32,000 nt of DNA from Synechococcus sp. A15-28 (GTDB lineage: Bacteria > Cyanobacteriota > Cyanobacteriia > PCC-6307 > Cyanobiaceae): the NCBI RefSeq assembly GCF_014280175.1, contig NZ_CP047931.1:360001-392000 (forward strand). Direction: 5' to 3'. Position numbers and translations under genes: made by a program. Positions 18,509-25,338 of the stretch are shown here, piece by piece (within the stretch, counting starts at the first letter, position 1; every line of letters starts with the position of its first letter). A model generated the notes under the pieces. That model was not told the origin of the DNA, did not search any database, and saw nothing but the letters and a program-made list of their open reading frames with translations.

Positions 18509-18810
18509 TCCTTGAAGGTCAAAACAGCGCGTCTTGTCTTGCCTTTGCGAGACAAACGTGGGGGCTCAGCCGAGCGCAGGGTTACAAGCTGATCAAGAGA
18601 GCGTGGGCTCAGATCAAAGACGACATCGAAGAGGCCGGCATAGATCGGCACGAAATGCTGGCTTGGTCAATCCAGAACTTGATGGCGGCGGCAGGCCAGG
18701 CAAAGCAGCAGAAGAACCCCGGCGCTTTGGTGAGCGCCATTCGCCAGCTTGATTGGATGTGCGGTCTTGGCGTCAACTCACATGCCGGGCATCGAGTCCA
18801 CAGGCATTGA
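18451..18810 (+). CDS. HTH-containing protein, paralog of 31585-31965 (possible small-terminase-like or regulatory protein)
   Basis: ATG 18451 is preceded by GGAG. N-terminal HTH-like segment LILEGQNSASCLAFARQTWGLSRAQGYKLIKRAW. Aligns by eye with the 126-aa ORF at the window end (L.LI..G...A......WG.SR). Confidence 0.55.
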   Translation: MARATAAETAERVGQLQKLILEGQNSASCLAFARQTWGLSRAQGYKLIKRAWAQIKDDIEEAGIDRHEMLAWSIQNLMAAAGQAKQQKNPGALVSAIRQLDWMCGLGVNSHAGHRVHRH

Positions 18811-18910
18811 GTGTCGTAATAGATATTGCGCCTCTGGCAGACGAGATCGACATTTGATTAGTAATTAGGTTTTGACTGCTTTCGTCGATCGAATTGATAA
18901 CTGAGTCGTC

Positions 18911-19210
18911 TCAGTTGGAGATGAAACAGTTGTCTGGTGTGTAGCCAAGGAGCAACATCGTTGAGATTCCCAATAGCCACCCAACGAATACCGCTCCCCA
19001 AATTAATTGGTCTGTGCTGAGATTTACGTTCCTCATAAGTGTTCCTCGATACATAGATTGTTGCATCTTGCACTTGCAATCATTGCTTGCTTCGTTTGGC
19101 GATGCTGTATCGATTGTATGTTTAATCAAAAATGGTTTAACCATCCAAAACTTTTCGTCATAGGCAGTCAGAACAAGGATTGCAGAAGCTGCGGCTGGTG
19201 GGACCCACAA
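18911..19210 (-). CDS. Hypothetical two-TM membrane protein
   Basis: TTG start with two hydrophobic helices (AAASAILVLTAY; LIWGAVFVGWLLGISTMLLLGY). Third gene of a minus-strand trio of small membrane ORFs. Confidence 0.4.
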   Translation of the reverse strand: MWVPPAAASAILVLTAYDEKFWMVKPFLIKHTIDTASPNEASNDCKCKMQQSMYRGTLMRNVNLSTDQLIWGAVFVGWLLGISTMLLLGYTPDNCFISN

Positions 19211-19228
19211 GGTTGACCGACGTCTGAA

Positions 19229-19318
19229 TCAGAATGACTCAATCAACCAAGTCACTATGGATAAGGCAATAGCAACTATCAAGAGCGTTGCTTTCTTCGG
19301 CTTCCGCTTCAAAGCCAT
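19229..19318 (-). CDS. 29-aa single-TM peptide
   Basis: MALKRKPKKATLLIVAIALSIVTWLIESF. Not in the ORF track. Lies 4 nt downstream of the preceding small ORF. Confidence 0.35.
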   Translation of the reverse strand: MALKRKPKKATLLIVAIALSIVTWLIESF

Positions 19319-19322
19319 TAGG

Positions 19323-19421
19323 TCAACCAGCTGTGAACAAGGTAAACAGCAGCAAAGAGGCCCACACAGCAATCAGCAGGGTCTTTCGATTGAGCTTCTG
19401 ATCAGTATTGTCAGCTGGCAT
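19323..19421 (-). CDS. 32-aa single-TM peptide
   Basis: MPADNTDQKLNRKTLLIAVWASLLLFTLFTAG. Not in the ORF track. Confidence 0.35.
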   Translation of the reverse strand: MPADNTDQKLNRKTLLIAVWASLLLFTLFTAG

Positions 19422-19721
19422 TGGAGGTGTTTGTAGAGCCTTCGTTAGGAATCCTGTGTATCACCAGTTGCTGCTGCAGAAGGTTCAGGAGCAGCACTTT
19501 CAACAATATGGAAGCGGTTAAGACCTCTAGAGGGATGTGAGTCAGGAGTTCAGAGCTGGCTCATGTGATTACGCCGGTTTTAGCACAATCGGTTTTGTCG
19601 GATCCTCGCTGAGTTTTGCGGTATCTGATTACACATCTATTAAGGTGTAAGGCCATAAGCCCTGTTTTTACGTTGTTGTCGAGGCTATATGTTGTGTGAG
19701 TTTGTGAGGGGGAGAACAGGT

Positions 19722-20195
19722 TCAGGACTTTCCCTTTGCTTTCTCCAACTGGCCGATGATGAAATGCCGGTACTGTGCGGCTAGATCTTGAAATCCCTGT
19801 TCAACCAAACCGGCAATCACGTCAACCGCATCGTCTTCATGCTCGGGAATCAGCATTACCCCACGTTTGCGGCCAAGGATCATCTCCTGAATGATCGTTT
19901 GCGTCTTGCGTGGTGTGCCTGAGGGCTCCTCAAGTACTTCCTGGGCAGGAATGAATCGCGCACGGTGCTGATCATCGGAATTGATCTGTGCAATGAAGCA
20001 ATACTGAGCACCATTAATCTCGACCAATCCCCTGAATTCGGAGAGGTCTTCTGTGGCATCAACACAACAGAAGTTGTTGCTCTGGGATGGTGCTTTTCCA
20101 TCAAAGCCACGAATTCTGGTGATAGTCGCTTTGGCACTGAAAGACTCCTGAGTCAGCCGGGTTACCAACGACTCACATATGGTTCGCTTATTCAA
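19722..20195 (-). CDS. Hypothetical protein (island cargo, no recognisable domain)
   Basis: 157-aa ORF in low-G+C DNA downstream of the replication module. Confidence 0.55.
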   Translation of the reverse strand: MNKRTICESLVTRLTQESFSAKATITRIRGFDGKAPSQSNNFCCVDATEDLSEFRGLVEINGAQYCFIAQINSDDQHRARFIPAQEVLEEPSGTPRKTQTIIQEMILGRKRGVMLIPEHEDDAVDVIAGLVEQGFQDLAAQYRHFIIGQLEKAKGKS

Positions 20196-20292
20196 GACAA
20201 ATTAGAGTCAAGCCATATTTGAGCTGCTTCAAGCGCTACTATTTGTAGCTGCTGATACTTTTTGAGTCCGTCTACTGACTTGACGCAATTTT

Positions 20293-20334
20293 GATTACGA
20301 AGAAAGGGCCAGGAGTATCAGTGCTATCCTGGCC
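20293..20334 (-). terminator. Probable intrinsic terminator after the 128-aa cargo gene
   Basis: On the minus strand: GGCCAGGA-(12 nt)-TCCTGGCC followed by CTTTCTTCG, starting 10 nt after the stop at 20344. Confidence 0.5.
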
Positions 20335-20343
20335 TGAGGAGTT

Positions 20344-20730
20344 TTATGAACTGGCTGTAAGCGTCCAGATTTTTTTGTCAGTTATCCAATCTATTTGGTG
20401 AATAGCATTACCGAATGTCCAATGATACGACTCATAAAATCCTTCCCAGGATTGGCAATGAGGCTGAAAAATTTCTACTTTGTATATCCAAATTTCATAC
20501 TCACAATCCCACGCACCGCAGATGTTTGCGTTTTTGTACTTCCAGCACCCTGCGCCAGAATAGTCCAACGCTATGTTTTGAGGTTTGCTTTCTGATTTAA
20601 AGCGTTTAAGTAATCCCCCGAGTAATTCATTGATCTTGTTTTGGATTAAATCTGTGTGTTCGGGGCTGTCTTTGTATAATTCATCTAAGTACGACGAAAT
20701 TTCTTGGATAGTGCAATGGTGAAAAGACAT
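20344..20730 (-). CDS. Hypothetical Cys/Trp-rich protein (island cargo)
   Basis: 128-aa low-G+C ORF with no recognisable motif. Confidence 0.55.
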   Translation of the reverse strand: MSFHHCTIQEISSYLDELYKDSPEHTDLIQNKINELLGGLLKRFKSESKPQNIALDYSGAGCWKYKNANICGAWDCEYEIWIYKVEIFQPHCQSWEGFYESYHWTFGNAIHQIDWITDKKIWTLTASS

Positions 20731-20761
20731 AGTGTGATTGTTGGAAGGGTTTAGACGTTTT

Positions 20762-20782
20762 TACTGTCCCTACTGTCCCTAC
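20762..20782. repeat. Tandem TACTGTCCC x2 (+TAC) between the primase-helicase and cargo genes
   Basis: tactgtccc tactgtccc tac, followed by an 8-bp-stem hairpin CTCTTTTC-aataaata-GAGAAGAG at 20783-20806. Confidence 0.8.
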
Positions 20783-20839
20783 CTCTTTTCAATAAATAGA
20801 GAAGAGATAGGGAGTATGTAAGAGAGTGAACAAGTGGTG

Positions 20840-22834
20840 TTAGCGGGTCTGGACGGGATGGCCACTTGTCAATGGCGGGAAAAATGCGTTGACCCGTTGC
20901 CCGTCGATGCGTCTTCGCGCCTTGTGCCATCCCAGGTCTGCCATCAGCTCAGTAATGCGCTTCGCGTTTTGGCCGTTCTGGCGTTCAGCGCCAATGTCCA
21001 ATTCGCGATAAACGTCCTGGAGCTCGATGTATGCAGCACCAGATCGCCTGAGCACGATGTCTCGGATCAACTCTTCCCAAGGGTCTGGCATGTCGTAACC
21101 CGCATTACGGGAAACGATTTCATCCAGCTCTGATTCAGTACTGAACCACTGGAAGCCATCTCGATAGGCAGCCAAGGCCCGGGCCCAGAACGCATCACGG
21201 CCAAGCCGAACACGTTCGTAGGGGAGCATCTCTTCACCGAGCGGAATCAAGCAGAAGCGTGTGCTGCCAGTTCGATCAACCAATGGCGATCGATTTGCTG
21301 TTCCCCAGAACACTGAGCGCCGTGGGATTCGTTCCGTGCCCTTGCCGTACTTTCGCCGACATAAGTCGGTTGTTCGGCTGATGAAGGCCTTGAGCCTTTC
21401 TGCACTGGTTTTGCGAGTGAAGCCATCAAATTCGGCAAACTCGACCCCCCAGCAGAGCGCCATCAGGGTTACATCGTCGACATCCATGCGAAAGCTAATT
21501 CCGTCGCCATACCACTGATCACTGAACAAGGCCCGTCCAAGTTGTGTCTTGCCGATGCCCTGGGCTCCCAGGAGAACTGGCACCTGCCGGACTAAGCAGC
21601 CTGGCTGAAACACCCTGGCAATCGCTGCCACAGCGAAACGCTGCATGAAGCGAGCGGTGATGGCGTCGTCGATGTTGAACAGCCACTGGTCCAAGCGTTC
21701 CCATTGCTCGTTTGGCAACGGTTTTGCTTTCAGGTTTCCGATGTAGATCTGCACCGGATCAAACGGAGTATCAGCGCCCAGGGTGATGAAGGTGTCTGCT
21801 GTAAGCCGCTTCGGCCAGTTCAACTCGCCACGACTTAGGTACAGATAAAGGTTTTCGACTTCGTCTGCAGTGAACTCTCGTCCTTTGCAGTGAATCCCCT
21901 GGCTCCTCACGTTGAGCATTGGGGTTTCCCCCAGCTCATCAGTCATCCGAGCCAATGCTTCGCCGGCCTTGACCGTTTTCTGTTTCCGCAACTCGTGTTG
22001 CGACACATCCAGTCGGAACAAGGCCGCTTCACCAACGGCAGTGGTTTTGTCGCCGGAGTAAATCCAGCTGTTCCCATTCCGTTCAATCTTTTCGCGTAGC
22101 TCCAGTTTTGGTGGAGCCCACCGCTTGCCTATGTGGCAAAGGATCGCCTGGCCATCGCTGCTGATACGACAGTCCGGTTCCTTCCGCCCGCAGATGGGAC
22201 ATGGGATGCAGTCTTCCCAACCATCGGCTCGTAGGCCATGAGTCTTTCTTGAGTTGGTAGGGGCCGGGGAGCTGCACTCGCTGATGGCCGTCTGGTACAT
22301 CGCCCAAACTTCATCCGGCACTGGCTGGATGGTGTCGGGATTGCCCGTCAACCAGGAGTAATGACCTCCAGATTTGACGTGTTCGCCTGCCACAAGGACC
22401 TGGCCGCTGCCGAAGAAAAACTCCAGTTGCTCGCCGTCGGCAGTCTTTAAGACGGTTTTGCCAGTGCACTGACTCCACCGTTCTTGAGGCACGCGATAGA
22501 CGGCCTTGAAGCGGCTTTGATTGTTATCACGGCCAATCGTCCAGGTCTTGCTGTTGTTGGCAAGGTGCCCGAAACGCTCTGCCGCAACGTGAATTGCGGA
22601 AGGGCCGTCAAAGTCCAGAACCAGTAGCCCCCCGGCGTCTGGCCCACACCTCATTCCGATGCAGCGAAGTCCGTCGAAGTTGAGAACCTGCTGAAGGCTG
22701 AACCATTGGTTCGGCCAATCGGTCACCATCGGTGCTTTGCAATCAGCCCCCCAGCCACAGGGGAGCAACGGCAACTCATCAAGCAGCCTGAATTCTTCCC
22801 GCCACCAAGCGGGGGTTTGTTGTGTCGCTGTCAT
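20840..22834 (-). CDS. Bifunctional primase-polymerase (PrimPol) fused to a VirE/D5-type SF3 helicase
   Basis: 664 aa. N-terminal PrimPol pattern (LPLLPCGWGADCKAP...GLLVLDFDG). Central Cys cluster CIPCPICGRKEPDCRISSDGQAILCH. Walker A GAQGIGKT, Walker B VEFAEFDG and the VirE-type motif DRTGSTRF. Confidence 0.9.
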   Translation of the reverse strand: MTATQQTPAWWREEFRLLDELPLLPCGWGADCKAPMVTDWPNQWFSLQQVLNFDGLRCIGMRCGPDAGGLLVLDFDGPSAIHVAAERFGHLANNSKTWTIGRDNNQSRFKAVYRVPQERWSQCTGKTVLKTADGEQLEFFFGSGQVLVAGEHVKSGGHYSWLTGNPDTIQPVPDEVWAMYQTAISECSSPAPTNSRKTHGLRADGWEDCIPCPICGRKEPDCRISSDGQAILCHIGKRWAPPKLELREKIERNGNSWIYSGDKTTAVGEAALFRLDVSQHELRKQKTVKAGEALARMTDELGETPMLNVRSQGIHCKGREFTADEVENLYLYLSRGELNWPKRLTADTFITLGADTPFDPVQIYIGNLKAKPLPNEQWERLDQWLFNIDDAITARFMQRFAVAAIARVFQPGCLVRQVPVLLGAQGIGKTQLGRALFSDQWYGDGISFRMDVDDVTLMALCWGVEFAEFDGFTRKTSAERLKAFISRTTDLCRRKYGKGTERIPRRSVFWGTANRSPLVDRTGSTRFCLIPLGEEMLPYERVRLGRDAFWARALAAYRDGFQWFSTESELDEIVSRNAGYDMPDPWEELIRDIVLRRSGAAYIELQDVYRELDIGAERQNGQNAKRITELMADLGWHKARRRIDGQRVNAFFPPLTSGHPVQTR

Positions 22835-22848
22835 AGGGGTGCTCCGAT

Positions 22849-23106
22849 TCAGCGACGTGGCGAGCAGTCACGCGAGAAGGTTTCAACCTCTTCGCTCGGC
22901 TGGTGTTTGTAGTTCCACAGGCTCTGGATTGCCTGCTCTTTGTTCCATCGGATCTTGCGTGTGCCAAGTCCGACGTACTGCCAGTCCCGATGCTGTTTGA
23001 ACGGGCCGTTCGGGTCCCGTCGCATCCGAAGAATGGTTTCTGGGCAAAGATCAGTCGCTTCAGCGAACTGTCTTGTTGACGCAATCGACATTGCGATAAC
23101 TCGCAC
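22849..23106 (-). CDS. Excisionase/AlpA-like HTH protein (Xis-like), paralog of 25339-25608
   Basis: STRQFAEATDLCPETILRMRRD...WQYVGLG...EVETFSRD aligns with STQECADALGIHPQTLRKLRRH...YRWVGLS...AVETYSRG. Start is GTG 23106 or ATG 23091. Confidence 0.65.
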   Translation of the reverse strand: MRVIAMSIASTRQFAEATDLCPETILRMRRDPNGPFKQHRDWQYVGLGTRKIRWNKEQAIQSLWNYKHQPSEEVETFSRDCSPRR

Positions 23107-23108
23107 CC

Positions 23109-23432
23109 TTAGGTGCGGGGGGTGCCATCCCAGTTCTCGTGATGCAGAAGTTCGCGCTGGAGGGCTGCGTAAAAGTTCCGCAGCTTGTCCCGTCGCTTCT
23201 GATCGGGGTTGCCCTGCTCAAGGGTGCCGATGCGGAAGTCGGGGTCGTCCATACGGGCGCGCTTCTTGGTGAAGTAGCGGACTTGCCGCTCGGCGTACCG
23301 ACGATCGACTCCCTTGGGAGTCAACATCTCGACGCGAGTGGGGATGGGCCGATCAGGACCTTGCATCCAACTTGGATGACGTTTTCGGTTCGATCCCTCG
23401 GCGCAGACGTGATGCTGCGTTCCCGACTTCAC
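23109..23432 (-). CDS. Hypothetical basic protein between int2 and the xis-like gene
   Basis: 107-aa ORF co-directional with int2; its stop lies 2 nt before the xis-like start. Confidence 0.5.
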   Translation of the reverse strand: MKSGTQHHVCAEGSNRKRHPSWMQGPDRPIPTRVEMLTPKGVDRRYAERQVRYFTKKRARMDDPDFRIGTLEQGNPDQKRRDKLRNFYAALQRELLHHENWDGTPRT

Positions 23433-23500
23433 CTAGTTAACTTAACACCACTGATCGCGATCGTCAGGCAATCTCCCTACCGATGACACCAAATGTGGTG

Positions 23501-24760
23501 TCAGGGCAACGGGATCGTCTCCGCGTCTGACTCAAAGGCCCGAGCTTTGATCGCCTCTGTGATCTGCCGATAGCTGCGCTCATGCACCGCGAGTGAGTGC
23601 CCCATCGCATCCGCGATCACCGTCTTCTCCAGCCCCTCCCGATAGCAGCGAACTCCGAAGCCATCTCTCAGCGAATACACCCGAACCCAGTCCTTCGTCG
23701 GGAGCGCGGCGTATTTATCGATCAGCTCCTTCCACCGCTGCTGAACCGGCCCGGCTGGCTTCCCGTTGCGCTTCCTGTGGAGGTAGCGATTGCAGGCGTG
23801 ACCGGTGAACTCCTTCAGGTCCGGCAGCTTCAACGTCCCCGCCTCCCACGCTTCCACCAGCGGCCACTGCACCGGCTTGTCGTGCTCCGATCGCCGGAAG
23901 TGCATTGGGCGGAGATACCGCGGCTCGGTGTCCTCCTGGCCGCCGACCTTCTCGTAGGAGCAATAGAAGACCCTCTCGCCGGTCTTGCTCGTCGGGTCCG
24001 GCTCCACTGTTAGGTGCTGGATCTCGACTGGACGTAATCCGTATTGCGCCAGCAGTCGGAACAGGTTTGCCCAGGCCGGGTTCTCCTGTTGCACCAGATC
24101 GATGAAGTCCAGGATCTCGGCGTCCTCCAGCACGGCCTTCTTCCGTTTCCTTGTCCGCTTGGGGCACAGCTCGTCACGGTCGGCCTGGGTGATGAGCCAG
24201 GAGCGCGGGACCTTGTATCGGCGGACCGCGAACTCCATGAACCGGGCCAGATACCGGCCACATTCCTTCTGGACTGTTGGGGCATGGGCCCAGTTCTTCA
24301 GCACGGCCTTGAGCAGCTCGTAGCCATCGGCAGGTTTATTGCGCCGGCCCAGCACCCTCACCGCTTCATTGAGGATCGGCTCCCAGTTGGTTTTCCAGGT
24401 CTGCGGCTTGATCTGCTTGCCGAACTCAATTTTCGATTCCTTCATGGCCGCGGCAATGCCGGCCCAGGTGACCTCATCCCCCCTTTCGGGGGGAACGTCG
24501 CTGCTGCCCTTCACCTCCGCCAGGCATTCCTTCAGCGTCCGCTGCCCTTCGGCTGCGCTCCAGACCTTGTAGAGCCGGCGTGACCAGTTGATCGCCGCCT
24601 CCTCGTCCTCCTCCCGATAACGGAGCTTGGGGAGGTTCACCTGCTCCCGCGCTTGGCCGGCTACCCGGTATCGGATGCAGACGTATCCCTTGTCGTTGGT
24701 GATGCTCCAGCCGGGCCACTTGCTGCTGATCGACACCAGCCGCATCTCCCACACGGGCAT
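23501..24760 (-). CDS. Tyrosine recombinase / integrase (int2), a different family from int1
   Basis: R (YGLRPVEIQHL), xLRD box (VYSLRDGFGVRC) and H...Y (MGHSLAVHERSYR). ATG at 24760 (MPVWEMRLVS). The ORF track extends to TTG 24808 across the arm-type repeats. Confidence 0.85.
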   Translation of the reverse strand: MPVWEMRLVSISSKWPGWSITNDKGYVCIRYRVAGQAREQVNLPKLRYREEDEEAAINWSRRLYKVWSAAEGQRTLKECLAEVKGSSDVPPERGDEVTWAGIAAAMKESKIEFGKQIKPQTWKTNWEPILNEAVRVLGRRNKPADGYELLKAVLKNWAHAPTVQKECGRYLARFMEFAVRRYKVPRSWLITQADRDELCPKRTRKRKKAVLEDAEILDFIDLVQQENPAWANLFRLLAQYGLRPVEIQHLTVEPDPTSKTGERVFYCSYEKVGGQEDTEPRYLRPMHFRRSEHDKPVQWPLVEAWEAGTLKLPDLKEFTGHACNRYLHRKRNGKPAGPVQQRWKELIDKYAALPTKDWVRVYSLRDGFGVRCYREGLEKTVIADAMGHSLAVHERSYRQITEAIKARAFESDAETIPLP

Positions 24761-24788
24761 CTCGCTGAGATTGCGACGCGGCACGCTC

Positions 24789-24808
24789 TTCCGACAAATT
24801 TCCGACAA
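24789..24808 (+). promoter_or_regulatory. Doublet TTCCGACAA-N2-TTCCGACAA (candidate arm-type site, right end of element 1)
   Basis: TTCCGACAAATTTCCGACAA, in the same orientation as 16157-16177. Confidence 0.45.
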
Positions 24809-24924
24809 ACAAGTCTTGTTTGGTTGTCGACGGTCGTCAAGGGTTGCCTACGGGATTAGGCTGTGACTGGCTTTTCTCCGAGAAGCCCTGAAACCAATGT
24901 TGTCGTAATCAGGCGAGTCATGCC

Positions 24925-24947
24925 TATCACCCAAATGACTCATGGGG
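24925..24947 (+). repeat. att core copy 2 (junction between element 1 and element 2)
   Basis: TATCACCCAAATGACTCATGGGG. The flanks are also similar to the 16051-16105 region, including a hairpin at 24945-24960. Confidence 0.75.
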
Positions 24948-25000
24948 CCTGGAAGGGCCCTTAACCATTTCACTGCAGGCGATCTCGGCAAACCTGGTTT

Positions 25001-25040
25001 TCGGGATAAATCAGCTTCGGGATAAATCTCGGGATAAATC
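25001..25040 (+). promoter_or_regulatory. Three direct copies of TCGGGATAAATC (candidate arm-type or iteron sites)
   Basis: Exact 12-mers at 25001-25012, 25017-25028 and 25029-25040, beginning 54 bp right of att core copy 2. Confidence 0.55.
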
Positions 25041-25338
25041 GCTCGGAGCGGCTCTGTGCAGTCGACAGGCGCTGATGAGACCCCTAAGTTCTTAGTGCGA
25101 GGTCGGAGCCGTCCGATCTTGAAAGCAGCGCAGACCAGGTCCCAACGACCCTGCGTTAGTCAAATGAGAGGTAGCCCTGTCAGCGGTTCTCTCGGCTTGG
25201 TTGGGCAAGTGTTTCTGACAGGTCGCAATCGGTGGAGTAAAGCAGCAAGCCGCAAGCGGAAACAGCTACAGGACGGCGAAGACGAAGGGATGGCTTAGCG
25301 GACGGCCTGACCTGAAGCTCGCTCAGCACAGAGATGCT

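Larger units (their letters stand above)
16064..24947. mobile_element. Integrative element 1 at the ssrA 3' end (satellite/tycheposon-like island)
   Basis: Bounded by direct repeats at 16064-16086 and 24925-24947 (22/23 identical). It carries an inward-facing tyrosine recombinase at each end, a PrimPol-VirE primase-helicase and an Xis-like HTH gene. G+C is lower and mosaic. Confidence 0.7.

Noticed and set aside
19455-19665. Possible degenerate third att copy inside element 1 (TATCACCAGTTG at ~19459; TGTAAGGCC at ~19646).
   Set aside because: The two fragments are ~190 bp apart, versus ~25 bp in the real att copies. Each match is under 10 nt, which is compatible with chance.
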